Shown: piece by piece, positions 41,690 through 54,800 of the stretch
How positions within the stretch are numbered: position 1 is the stretch's first letter
How the letters are laid out: the number at the start of each line of letters is the position of its first letter
NCBI RefSeq assembly: GCF_026210795.1
Contig: NC_089432.1
Location: 4,464,001 to 4,528,000, forward strand
DNA: 64,000 nt
From: Rhizophagus irregularis
Taxonomy: Eukaryota
Reading direction: 5' to 3'
Notes under the pieces: generated by a model
Seen by the model: the letters and a program-made list of their open reading frames with translations, nothing else
Told to the model about the DNA's origin: nothing
Database searches by the model: none
Program-made: the position numbers and the translations under genes

Positions 41690-42992
41690 TTCTTTTTTTT
41701 TTTTTTTTTTGATTATTAGGATATAAATATTTTCTATGATTAAACAAGTAGAATCATATATACGATATATTATAATATAATACTTATTTACTATATTAAT
41801 AAAATAATAGTAATTTCATTCGTTAACTTTGGTTGATCGAGCAATTATAAATAAAATAGAATTTAATCAAGCTGAAGCATATAAATAAAATTTTGATTTG
41901 TAATTATAAAAATCAAAAAAAAAAATATTATGTACAAATTAATATTGTTAGTTTCGTAATTTTATATGTAAGGAAAAAATAATTATTAATGTATATCACG
42001 AAATTACTATCATTTTTTGCGAAAAATTTTGATGAAATTGTTCTATACTTATTATTTAAAATTTTTTTTTTTTTACAATGTATTATTTCTTTACTTGATT
42101 ATAAAAAAAAAAAGAATAAATTCAAAATTTGGCTTTTTGTTTATTTTTCTACATAATTTTTGAAAAATTCTTTTGTGAATATTTATATAAATTTCATTCC
42201 GACGTCTTATCACCACTCATTTATCGTCATTTACTTTATTCATACATTGAAAAATTATTCAAACTATTGAAGTATAGCCCCTACACTCACCATACTCTGT
42301 CACTTCCAAAATATTATACAGTATAATCAAATATTACCCCAATTATAAATAATATTGAATAATAAAAAAAATAGATTAGAAACGACAATAAAAATGAGAA
42401 AGTGAAGGAGTGTGATAAATAATTTTGATCACATGATTCGCAGAATTTTTTGGGTGCGCTTGGGAGTAGTTGACCGCGCGGTCACATTCTATATTTCTAT
42501 GTAGCAATTCTCACTTCTTGTACTTTCGAATATAAATATCAATAAGGCTTTTGAACATAAAATTTCCACACTCTTTGTATTTATTTTTTCGCATGTAATT
42601 AATAAAAATTATACTTTGAATATATTCGTTCTTATATATAATTTAATGCAATGATTAGCAAACGCAGTAATTTATTTATTTATTTATTGCAAAAGAAAAT
42701 AATAAAGTTTTTGAGAATATGACGTTTATCCTTCCCTCCCTCCCTCCGAACCTAAACCAAATTCATTTTCTAATTAGATGTTATGAAGTTCTAAGGAGCG
42801 AACTTTGGCTGCTCGTTCTCTCAAAGTAAGTTTCCGTTCTTTCAAGCTCAAAGTTCGCTTCTCTTCTTCAATTTTATTTTCATTAATCTTTTTTGATTCC
42901 TTTGGTGTTACCCAAAGTAAATTTGCTGTCTTTAGATCTTCCTAGAAAATTGAGAAAAAAAGCGTGAGTTACAGTAAGTAATAAGTACAAGA

Positions 42993-43212
42993 GAGAAAAC
43001 CTCCTTCATCCAGGGCATGCCAGTAACAGCCAGGAGAATACTCCTTCACCCAGGGCAAGCCAGTAACGGCCAGAAGAATACTCCTTCACCCTGGGCAAGC
43101 TAGTAATGACCAGGAGAATACTCCTTCACCAAAGACAAGCCAGTAACGGCCAGGAGAATACTCCTTCATCTAGGGCAAGCCAGTAACGGCCAGGAGAATA
43201 CTTCCTTCGCCC
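42993..43212. repeat. 40-bp minisatellite, ~5.5 copies
   Basis: Unit GGAGAATACTCCTTCACCCAGGGCAAGCCAGTAACGGCCA with scattered substitutions and a strict 40-bp period. Confidence 0.95.
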
Positions 43213-43534
43213 AAAAACTTGGTTCAAAGTGTAAGTTTAATTAGGGAAAGTACATAACTGATTCCACCTCCAGAATCAGTAGACCCCAATTAAAAACTTG
43301 CACTACAACAAATAACTTACTTTTTTAGATACCATTAATTCTCGTGCTATTTTAATTTTGCGTCTTGATGACAATTCCTGAAGAACTTTGCCAAGATATT
43401 ATAGAAAAGTCTTTGTGTTAGTGATTTCTGACAATATTTGATGTTGTTTAACATCCAACCATCGAAGTCAACTAATGACCATTCTTTTGGATTTTTATCA
43501 AAGTATTTTCATATCTTTTGTTGTCCATAATGGA

Positions 43535-44045
43535 GGCGTTTATACGTGCGTGTATTACTACAGTTCAGAGTCAAAGAAGAGTCAGGATGAAAAAGCAGTG
43601 TATTTATATACGTTTATACGTGCGTGTATTACTTACTATAGTTCAGAGAGTTCAGAGTGAAAAAAGAGTCGCGTTTTACTATAGATTGATAATCGCGTTT
43701 TGAGAAAAATTCTAAGGAGAAGGGATGAAAAAGTAGTGTATTTATATACGTTTATACGCGTGTATTACTTACTATAGTTCAGAGAGTTCAGAGTGAAAAA
43801 AGAGTCGCGATTTACTATAGATTGATAATCGCGTTTTGAGAAAAATTCTAAGGAGAAGGGATGAAAAAGTAGTGTATTTATATACGTTTATACGCGTGTA
43901 TTACTTACTATAGTTCAGAGAGTTCAGAGTGAAAAAAGAGTCGCGTTTTATTATAGTGCGTTTTGAGAAAAATTCTAAGGAGAAGGTAGTGTATTTATAT
44001 ATGTTTATATAGTTCAGGGTCAAAAAAGAATCGCGTTTTACTATA
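43535..44045. repeat. ~136-bp tandem repeat, ~3 copies plus partial flanks
   Basis: GATGAAAAAG(C/T)AGTGTATTTATATACGTTTATACG...GAGAAGG begins at 43586, 43724 and 43860. Confidence 0.92.
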
Positions 44046-44934
44046 ACTAAACTTATTTTCGGTTACTTAATTATTATTAAATCTCAGCACTCAAATTTTA
44101 TTAAACCCAATTTATTTTATGCATAAATTTACTATTTATAGTTAGGCCATACAAACTTGATTTTATGGTTTTCATAATATAAAAATTTCATCAATAACCC
44201 GGCAACCCGGCTTTTAATTTTTTTTTTCAAAAATTTTATATGCGAAATTTTTTTTCAATTTTTAAAAAATTCTCACCCGGCATAGTAATATTATAAAAAA
44301 AAATTTTTTTTAACTTAACGAACTGATCCAGCCGGACTATGAAAACCATTTTTACCACTTTGTGTCACCTTACATGAGTTACGCGTAAGCAAATAAATGT
44401 CGCAGTAGTGCGGTACTACAAAGTAATATAGCTATAAAGTTTATGATTTCTGGCTACAAAAAAAATACATTTTTTTATCGTGGGCATATAGATAATACTA
44501 TAGTACTACTATAGTCTATAATTTTCATCTCAGAGTTACTACGCTTAATTTTTTTTTCCGTAGTTTATCGGTAGTTAAAAATTGTATAGTCTTTCGTGGT
44601 ATAAACTAGTTATTTCACAAAAAGCCGTAGATATTATTGATAATCACGGCAGAACTGTGATGATCAATGATATCTATGATATCTCGATAAATTTAATTAC
44701 ATAAGCTAATTGCTTCAATTATAATATTATAAGCATTTTTTATTGTTAAATAAGACTGATACTTTTTCGTATACTAAATAACATGTAAAATTAAAAGGAC
44801 GCATCGCGTTAACACATACAATTTATTTTATTATATATCCTTATAGGATCACACTGTATTTTTTTACATTTATTGAATAGCTTTATTGATTATATATAAT
44901 AAATGATAAATCATTACTAATACATTAATAAAAA

Positions 44935-47230
44935 CTTTATTTATTTATTTATTTATTATATGTCAAGCAGGAAGTAATTTGGGTACAACGTAAGAAAATA
45001 CAGATATACCACGTACATACTATAACAACAGACCCTCACTTGTATCTATAGGAACCTTCCTGTTCAATACTACGACCAGTAAGGAACAGCATCACAACCA
45101 AAAAAATATAAAAAAATTAATGATCCGTATTTTTCTTTCGACCAAAAGGCTGCCAACTGTAAATACTGTCAGATTTGGAATGATTCACACTATCCTAAAT
45201 TGTTGCTGTTTAATGGGGAAAAACTACTATTGCAGAAAAAAAAAGGTGTAGCTATCATGACTACTCGTAAAAATGTAATTTGACTCGTTAATGGATATAA
45301 AAAATAAAGTAAAATTAATGTTTTGAGTTTGAAGTTCCTGCTTCTGTTGAGTCACCGTTTAAGGCAGGGCGTTTATAGCGTCAGAGGTCACTATATTAGT
45401 AGATCGCGCAGCATCGTGCTTGTTAGGTCTATGTTCTACCTCTTTGGTATCATCGGATGTATCTTGTGAAGCACCTTTGCGAAGAGGGACAAGTCAGCCA
45501 ACTTGTTTGGATCTTCTAGTGAAATCAAAACCTTTGATAAACTGATACATTTCTTTTTAATTTGGATTTGACATTGATGTTCAATGTCTTTGGCGTTTAT
45601 GTAGTGTTGCGAATGTTCAGTCATTTCGTTGTGGAATGTGTTGGTCTTACTAGTGAGATAATTCTTTTCATTCGACCGACGATCAACTTTTGTAACGGTC
45701 GTTCTATGGTAATCAGCTTCTGCCTTTTCTTGTTGAATAATCTCTTCACGCTGACGTTGCTCACAGCGTAACTTTTTTTGTTCAGCTGGACTTAAGATAC
45801 GTTCTCGGGGTAAACTTTTTTTCCAATTCGTACATATATGTAAACCATTCACTAGATCCTGGAGATATAAAATCACCCTTATTCGTATAAAGAGGTACTT
45901 CTGGGATAATGTTTCTATTTCAAGGGGATAAACATATTGGAAATGGGGTTGAAAGGTTCCACCGTGTGGATTATGTCCGTAGAAGATGGGATCGTGTCAA
46001 TCGTAACCTTCTCAGAAGTAGTGAGAGGTTGTAGGGAATCAGGTTTAGCAAAAAGGGGGACTAATAATTTATAATATTTTGCCTCAGGTAACATAAATCC
46101 TTTGGCGTATTTCAAGTATTTCACTGATTTGTTAATATGGGATTTCAGAAATAGGAATTGATATTTCTGCGCTGTAGCAAGTTGTTCAGCTGGTTTGTCA
46201 CGACGGATATGTCATGATTTGTTGAAAATTCGTCTACACGCGCGTTTAAAAAGATATCTTGTTTTTTCTGCACTTTAGAGTTCGTGCTCGGAGTGATGGA
46301 GAAATTGCTGAGCCGTTTTCTATACATATGTCTATTTCCTAACTTCAGAATTGAAGTACCGTCGCGAGCATGGAGCGTCTCGGTGAAGGAAATACCCAGC
46401 CTACGGGAGAAGATATGTTTTTTAAAGTGAGATTTCCATCGAAAGTACAAGAGGTTGGCATGTGAAATCTTGTTATTAATAAATTTTTGTGTCGTGTCTA
46501 CAGTCTCTATATGTTTGGATTCTCTAATATTTTTGAAAGCGTCATTTTTAAACAATTGAGATTGGTGTGTGATGCAAGCGCGTTGTCCGTGTGACATTAT
46601 GAAAGGAGTAGGTTTATCACAAATATGTGTGGTTGGTGAAATAACTGAATGTTTGGACGTGTGTGAATATATATTCCAAAGTAAAAATGATAACGTAAAA
46701 TTTAAAAAAGTTCTTGTAGTAGTATTGCGTTTAGCCTCTCTAGTAGCACGTGATAAGATGATATGTATACGATCCAATAATTTTTGTCAGATCAAATTAA
46801 AATATTTTTGTTCCTTTTAGTTGTAAGGAAAAGAAGTGTGTACTTACTTGGTATTTGTTGTTCGGGAGTGGGGTGGATTTCATGTGGTAATCATTTGTGT
46901 GTATTTTAAGATGAATATCATTGGTGCATTTTCTACGATCGGCAAGCTCAAAAAAGTAACTTCTTGATCGCAAATCTTGTTATAACCAGCCCGATTAGGA
47001 CGGGTCACTTGATATTTGGAAATGAGACGTCGAAAGAATGATCCCCAAGGGAAGAAGTTGAGAGTTATGAAAATGACAAAATCGTAAAAAAGTTATGTTT
47101 ATGTAAAAAAACTACTATCCGTAGGGTCAGTTTGAGTTGAGGAGTTCTTTCCATCAGAGGCCACCCCGTGGTCCTCTCTCCTCTATCGCTTAGTACGAAG
47201 GTGGAAAAAAGTTATTTGAAAAAATTTTAC
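44935..47230 (-). mobile_element. GC-elevated block with a frameshifted basic ORF of unknown function; probable retroposed or repetitive element
   Basis: Collinear minus-strand fragments 46777-46145, 46124-45915, 45876-45436 without introns; (TAAA)n-like tract at ~44935-44960 on the 3' side. No RT or endonuclease motif recognised. Confidence 0.4.
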
Positions 47231-48169
47231 TGCGGATTTCTGTGAAATCAGACGGAAAGGGGAAAGAGTTTTTTTTTTATACAATAAAACCTTAAATAGA
47301 CTATAAATTAACTCGCGACTAATTTAATAGTGTGATCATCAGAGTCTATATAATAAAACACTTTTTGTATAAGTCTTTAGGCAATACTTTGTTGCAGCGG
47401 TCAAATTATGCCACTTCATGGCACAATCTGAGCCAATTAAATGGCCTCAATCGAAAACAGCACGTTATTGCCTAAATACTATACAATAAGTATATAATAT
47501 TGTAGAGACTTAACAAGGCACGGTTAGACATGTATGATCTTTGACTGAAATATTTGTAATCAAATATATATATACTGCAACTAATAATAGTAATTAAATG
47601 CAATAATATTTCTTTACTTTAATTTGCATCAATGTGTTTTTTAAATGTATACAATCTATAGTTTGAGAATCGCGTTTTACCGATACGAAGTATACGAAGT
47701 TTATATATTGATCATCATCATGTATTTAATTTTCACACTTAGATCACACTTTCCTGATTTAAGGCTGCGAGAGTGCGAATTTAAATGACATATGTTACTT
47801 GTAGTGCTGATATTATTTCTATTATTTCTAGACTCACTAAGTCAATTCGAAACCGATCACTGGAAGGATTTGAAAAATTGGAAAACCAATAACAATATTA
47901 ACGGTTAGAATCATGCTCCGCCAAAAGCATCTCAACTTAAGTTGGTTATGGTGACGAGCCCTGGAGATGCCTAGCAAACGTCTCAATCAGAAGAAGATTT
48001 GAATGTAGTCCAGTCAATGAATGTGAAAATCTCCCATATTCGAAATACTGTAATGATTGCTTTAAAAATGCCTATACCTGAAGCTTGTTTTGGGAAAAAA
48101 AGATCTAGTAAAATACCCTGTGCATGACATACATTTATCCCTATTCATTTCAGCAAGAATTTTTCTGAA

Positions 48170-48710
48170 GTCTATTATAATGGATGGTTTGATAGTAAAT
48201 AAATTCAACTTATTTTCGAATAAATTATTGATCACAGGAGAGTTTAGAGAGTGGGTGAAGTTAAAAACTATGGTGAAGAATGAAATTTTAAATATTGAAC
48301 TAATAGAAGATTTAATTTATTATAATTTCACCTATGAATTAAACTGGAATAAGTCACTATATTTTGTTAGCAATTTAAATAAATATTCTAAAAGGCAAAC
48401 AGGTGATTCGAACGTGTGTATAAAATTAAAAATCTTCTGAAAGAATTACCGACGTATGCTATATTGTTCAAAAGAGATGTAAATATGATTGTTAGTGAAA
48501 TATGTATACGTTGCGAAAAAGAAGTTTATGATTGGAAACATATTTGGATACGTAAAATAAATGAGTTGAGTGCAATAGTGTCTCATGAAGAACAGATGCT
48601 AGAGAAAGATCAAGCAGCATTGGTGTGAAATATAAATATTGCATTCACGAGTATTTTATTTGAACAATCATCAATTTTAGTAGGCAAAACAAGGGAGTGG
48701 GAATTATTAT
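48170..48710 (+). mobile_element. 3' remnant of non-LTR retrotransposon ORF2 (Cys/His knuckle region)
   Basis: KIKNLLKELPTYAILFKRD...ICIRCEKEVYDWKHIWI resembles the LPT..L..R...CxxC....E...H...C motif at the end of LINE ORF2; frameshifted. Confidence 0.6.
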
Positions 48711-50089
48711 AGTAATGGATTCAACAAAATAACTATTGTTATGATCAACAAATTTGGGATAAAATTTCATTAACCGGAATTGGACTAGATATACAACATG
48801 ACTTGCCGATCAAGCGCTTAACTCTAAAGAATACGGATCAGCAATTCAAATGTAGTCACACAAACACCATTTATAAATATCATCAGGAAATTTTTTTATA
48901 TGTAAAAAATATTCAATATTTTGTGCATGAAAAAACTGATTTGCACACCATGAAAATGCATATTTAATATATATAATGTATTTCCATACAATATATTGTA
49001 AAAAAATTTGTTAATTTTTATATAAATTTGTACAAAGAATTATACATATAATATTGTTAATTATATTGCATAAATTTCGAGAAATTTAACTATTTGTGCA
49101 ATATTGAATACCCTGAAAATTTTGTGATGATTATCTCTCATGATTCCAAGTGACATTTAGATCATTTGTGTCATTTCATAGCACTGTCGTACGTTGTAAC
49201 GGAATTACACTGATTGACAAAAGATCTAACCTTATACTCCATGGGGTCCATAGGGTGATGGGGTGTCATGGGGTACGGAATTGATAAAAAAAAAGGAACG
49301 ATTTTTTATGGAAAATTGTACAACTATGAAAATTATCCCGGGTTACACATGTAAATATGTAATATAATATAATAAACTAACTCTAGTAAACTATTTCTTA
49401 ACTAAAAATGTAATTTCTCAAATTCTAAACTAAATCATATCTAATCTATGAATCATTAATTAAAATAATTAATGAGGCACTTTTTCATCATAAAAAAAGG
49501 CAAAAAGAATCGAATAAGAAAATTATGTATGGAATTACGTGGGTAATTTTCTAAAAAGTATTCGCTTCTTATTTAAATATTTTCCCTATGCCTTCGAGAT
49601 CTTAATTGAATATCTCATTGTTGGAACCAATAAAATTACGTTACCCAAAATTATAACCAACTTAAAATAACACATAAATTAAAATTCACAAACACATTTA
49701 CAAAAGAATAGTTTAACGTCAAATTTCGAACGTTCTACCCCAATTGTTGATCATTCCGGACCGCAGTAAATAAAAATACTATAACTAAATATAATACTGC
49801 GCCTTATATTTTCGCAAACTAAATTTAAAACGGGTACAACCGGTTTGACCCGTTTCAACCGATTTTTACAAAGCAACCATTATTTCAGCCAAATTCATAA
49901 TTCTGGGTCAATTTTTTTTATACGTCAATTTAACAAATTCCGAATTAGGAATTTTCATGTCGATCACAAATGATCACGTGATACTGGTTCAAAAAAAAAA
50001 AAAAAAAAAAATATGAACACGGTTCAAACCGAATCATTGTTGGACCGAATTTACAACCGGTTTGTGCAACCGGTTCAAACTCCAGTTCC

Positions 50090-50233
50090 TTCGCCGGAAT
50101 GGCTTTGGCGAAATGTCCTTCGGTAAAATGTTTATTCGGGAAAATAGCATTTCGATGAAACATCCTTTCGGCGAAATTTGCTTCAGCAAAATGGGCTTCT
50201 GCGAATTGGACTTCAGCGAAAAGTCCGGATACT
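50090..50233. repeat. Solo arm of the TTCGGCGAAATG MITE family
   Basis: Repeated TTC(G/A)GCGAAA, ending AAGTCCGGATAC like the 13815-13977 arm. Confidence 0.7.
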
Positions 50234-51290
50234 CCTAACAGCCTAACCCTAATTCGTTTCATATTTATGATTATGTGTACAAAACGTCTAAAAAGGCACC
50301 ATTTTGTCCGATTTATGAAACAAAAATTAAGAGAATGGTGCTTTTTTAGACATTTATTACATGAGCACAAATATACATTTCGTTTTTACTGTTATCACTT
50401 TTTAAACCGTTTTTGATAAGATTTCTGATCATTAACCGGAACATATTTTATTAATGTTTTTACAGCTGATTTCATAATATTATACTACACTCCAAAATTA
50501 GCGTATAATTTTTATTTTATATCAAGCTTTACCGAATATTTCTGAGTTCTTTAAGCGTCCCGTACATTATGAAATCAGCTGTAAATTCGGAAACACTGCT
50601 GCATATTTACTTTATACGGAATGTACAAAATAAATTGGTTTTAATAAATGCTTTTTTCGGAAAGGGTAAATTAACAACAGCTAACAAATATACACCATAT
50701 TTCTTAAAAATAAGAGAAAATCTGATTATCAATAATAAATAGTTAAAAACTGATTTCTTTGTAATGTATCGGTTATGTTATATTTTGCTAATTAACAGAT
50801 TATATTTTCATTTGTTGATATGGTATGAATTATATGATAATTAGGCGTAAACTGTATTTTTGTTTAAATCGTGTTTAACTATTCACAAAAAAAAACTAAC
50901 TTCGAAATCACGAAGTGAAATATGCATATTTGTGGGAACGTTTCTTAATTGTAATCAAATAATTTAGTAAGGAACTATTAAGGTAATATTAATGTCGGTA
51001 AAATGCTGTCAGTTATCGTAAAACTAAAATCATTTAAATGAGTATAAAAAAATTTTGATATCCTAAATATAGTAAAATTCATAAATAATTGAGTAAAATA
51101 AATAATAAGATATTTGGGAGACTATCAATAGGCAATAGATAAGGAGTAGATTTATTTTTAATATTTTCGGTTATTAGGCTAACTTTATTCACGTGGCAAG
51201 ATTGACCACCTCCTATTTCTTAAAAAAAGACAATAATAAATAATAATAAGAATAGATTATTAAATTAAATTTAATTATTTGATAGGTAAT

Positions 51291-51376
51291 AGTTATTTCA
51301 CGGGAGTCATGAATATCAATGATTTTCACGGCTTGCGCCGTGAAATCATGATATTTATACGACACGTGAAATAACT
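51291..51376. repeat. ~85-bp imperfect palindrome
   Basis: AGTTATTTCACG...ATGATTTTCACGGC-TTGC-GCCGTGAAATCAT...CGTGAAATAACT. Confidence 0.8.
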
Positions 51377-51863
51377 CTTATCTCGTGGAGACTAACGTCC
51401 AGTGATGGGAAAGAGTGGGAAAGGTATAAACAAACTATAAAAACACGTGAGCATGAAAAATATAATCAGAAAAATTACAGGCATGAATATATCATCAAAA
51501 AATCACTGGCGACCAATTAGTAAACATGAGATAGTTATTATTTAACTAATATATTACTATGATAAATATATTTTTTTAAAATGAACCCTATACTCCTTTG
51601 ATCGGATGTGCGAATTTTTTTGTCAATTAAAGATTGATTTAAACGAACAAATCGAATCAAGTCAAGTCATAGCTCTTGGCAGAAAATCATTGAAAATCTA
51701 GGTTTTGAGATTATATATAACCACTGCCACCAAAATTTTGTTTTACAGAATCAACTTACTACGCTTAGAAAAAGAAGCAGAGATTAAATAAAACTTTAAA
51801 GTCCCAAATTGACAACTACCCAAACTACTACTCTCTCAGGTCTATCGAACAACATTAACTAAT

Positions 51864-52292
51864 ATGAAACTTAAAAGCTTTTACCTTCTTACTGTCCTTT
51901 TCATGTGTTTCTATATAATGGACATTAAAGGTAAAGTCCTTACATTCAATATGTTTTCCATTTTCTTTTCTAATGATTCAACTTTTTTGGTTTAATGTAT
52001 AGCATATAATTCCATCACGGGTTTGGAAATGTTTCTCTGCAGTTGTAGAATTTGGATAGAGGATACAAATGGTTATCGCATAGCCGGTGACTCAAACTAC
52101 CATGATTGTACTTACAATACCCACGGCGAAGAATATACAAATATTAATTTTCCAAACCAAACGTACTCAGTTCATGCTAAAGTTCAAGGTAGTCTCAGGA
52201 AACAGAAAATACGAGGACCTTTTAATGAAAATACCTGTTTTAGTATACATGGCAGTGTTGATAAGTGGGGATTTGATCAAAAATCTTGTTAA
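51864..52292 (+). CDS. Small secreted Cys-containing protein (118 aa), candidate effector
   Basis: Exon 1 51864-51930 (MKLKSFYLLTVLFMCFYIMDIK, signal-like); 72-bp GT-AG intron; exon 2 52003-52292 (AYNSITGLEMFLCSCRIW...DQKSC*). Five Cys in the mature part; TATATATAA at ~51712. Confidence 0.85.
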
Positions 52293-53161
52293 TCGTTTAT
52301 TTGGATATTATCTCAGTATGTTGAAGATGTGAACCAATTAAATCTGTTTCTCTAGTTGTATAATTAATTATTTTCTAGAAATATGACATCATTAATAATT
52401 AATACAAAAATTTTTAATTTTTCGGAAAATTATTTACCAAAAAATTTTACCGAAATTTCTCTGTGGCAAATTTAATGTAATGTAATTCAAAACTATAATC
52501 AAATTACTCATAATCATAACTTACATATTTTTTATTATTATTTGCGAAAAACATATACCCGAATATTCAACTTTAGTAAAAATGTAAAATTTTCATTGAT
52601 GAAAGATATGAACTTGGGTTTGCTACTGACAATAATATGTGATAAATTGAAGACTTCTTTATTATGTTAAATGTTACAACAAAAGGTATTATATTCGATA
52701 AGATATAATATATTATTTACAGATAGACTATATACTTTTAAATTTAAAGAACTAAAAATAGGTATTAGAAATAGCAGGATTCATCTGATTCATCTTAGTT
52801 ATTATTGAAAATATTTTTTTTTTCTACTATTAAAATGTTATTGCAATGGTCACGAATATCCTAAAAATATTTATTATACTGGCGTGACGAATCAGATACT
52901 TATGAAAAATCGAAAAACGGAGGTGAGTAGAAATAAGACACGTGATTTTTCGTGCTTTTTTTTTCAGGTTTACGCTAAGAAATTAATATACAGTATACGT
53001 TATTATTTAAAGTCAATTGTGCTTTTACTAGAGGTAAAATTTTAAATTTCCAGTGTAGTTTATTTAAAATACAAATTCAAAAAAAATTCCATAATTTATC
53101 CTTAATTTATTTAGTTAACGATTGACTTTTGGCGAAACAACACACAAAATCTTAATTGATG

Positions 53162-53456
53162 CCCTATAAAAAAAGAAAATTCGGAATTTGTCCTGAAAAG
53201 TATGGAAAATGTCCGGAAATTTTCCGTGCGTCCGGAAAACATTTGGAAACGGTCACGTTTTGGAACACTTTCCGGACGCACAAATTCCAGACATTTTCTT
53301 GACACTCCAGAATTTGTCCAGAATTTGTCCAGAATCGAGCGTCCGGAAAATGTTCCAAAACGTGACCGTTTCCGAATGTTTTCCGGACGCACGGAAAATT
53401 TCCGGACATTTTCCATACTTTTCAGGACAAATTCCGAATTTTCTTTTTTTATAGGG
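53162..53456. mobile_element. 295-bp foldback MITE, ~118-bp TIRs, 3-bp TSD (ATG)
   Basis: CCCTATAAAAAAAGAAAATTCGG...CCGAATTTTCTTTTTTTATAGGG; arms differ at about 2 positions; ATG at 53159-61 and 53457-59. Confidence 0.92.
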
Positions 53457-54349
53457 ATGACGCAGTAATTTAACTATCATTCACGTGTTTCGATTTTTAA
53501 TATATGAACAATTTTTAAAATTCGATTCCAGTAATTATCGATTGAGATTAAACAATAGATCAGGTATATACGGCGACGAAGTCGCCGCTAGACTGTCTAA
53601 AACTTTTATAAGTTATTGTTTATAGTAACAAAGTTTTATAGCTTTTTTAATATAATTTATTAATCAGCAATCTAAGAAAATTACAAAAAAAATTGTTTAA
53701 CAATAGTAAGTTTCAAAATTAATGAAAAATCGGAAAAAATATTATTAATTAGGTTGTTTTTTTTTAAAAAAAAAAATTGGTAAATCCGCCTAAAATTGGT
53801 TACGAATTGGAAAGAGTCGGGTTGGTTAGTTAAAAAAATCTGGTAAAATCGGTAAAATCCGTCTGAGTTATAAGAATTGGAAAAAGTTGGATTGTTTAAG
53901 CTCAAATTTGGTAAAATCCACCTAAAACTGAATAAAATTCGGATAAAATTGCTATTAGTTAGCAATAATAGTCTATACTGCTGTATGTCTGAACTATCAT
54001 AATGCTTGATCCATTACAACCATTCATTTCGAGCTAATATCTATCCAAGTTTTATTTAGTAAAACATTTCATTAGTAATTAAAAATAAATTAGTTAATTC
54101 AATGTTTGTTATTTACCAAATTGCCGCAGTTATAACATCTATCTGTTGTTAGCTGTCCATTTCGAGATAAGTATTCTGATCCAAGTTCTTATTTAGCTAG
54201 ATAATAAATATTTCATTAGTAATTAGTAAATTAATTCAGGACTTAATCCTAACCTAATCTAATCCTAAACTATAAAAGTCTGTTTGTGTTCTAATAAACT
54301 CAAATTTATTTATTACGTCACTTACTAAAATAACGCAGTATAAGATTCT

Positions 54350-54800
54350 TTCCGTTCAATCAGTACCTTCCTTATTCCTTCCGTTCCAAAGCTTCAAGTC
54401 CAAACCTAAAATAGCAGATAAAGAAAAGGAGGGTATCGATTGATTAGTAATATTCAAAATGAAAAAAATAAATAAATAATAAAAAAGGTTAAACAGAACA
54501 TTTGTCACCTACCCGTATTATTCCATTTTGATCAGTACCTTCCATTTCTGAAGCTACAAGTCTGAACCTAAAATAGCAATGAAGAAAAGAAATGGGTCAA
54601 TTAGTATTAATATTCGAAATAGAAAAAAAATAATTATTAAACGGAACAATTGTAATCTATCCGTATTGTTCTATTTTGATCAGTACCTTCTATTCCGAAG
54701 CTCCAAGACTGAACCTAAAATAGAAATGAATAAAAAGATAGGGAAATTAGTTCAAAATGAAAAAAAAACAACAAAAAAAGTTGATTAGTAATATTCAAAA
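54350..54800 (-). repeat. ~150-170-bp tandem repeat (3 copies) of minus-strand exon-intron-like units
   Basis: On the minus strand ctattttag|GTT(C/T)(A/G)G.CTTG.AGCTT...GAAG|gtactgat recurs near 54365-54405, 54538-54567 and 54686-54715. Confidence 0.75.

Noticed and set aside
42993..43212. CRISPR-like array
   Set aside because: Units are contiguous 40-bp repeats with no unique spacers, there are no cas genes, and the context is eukaryotic.
53111..53480. Five overlapping ORFs with identical N-termini on both strands
   Set aside because: Artefact of the palindromic MITE.
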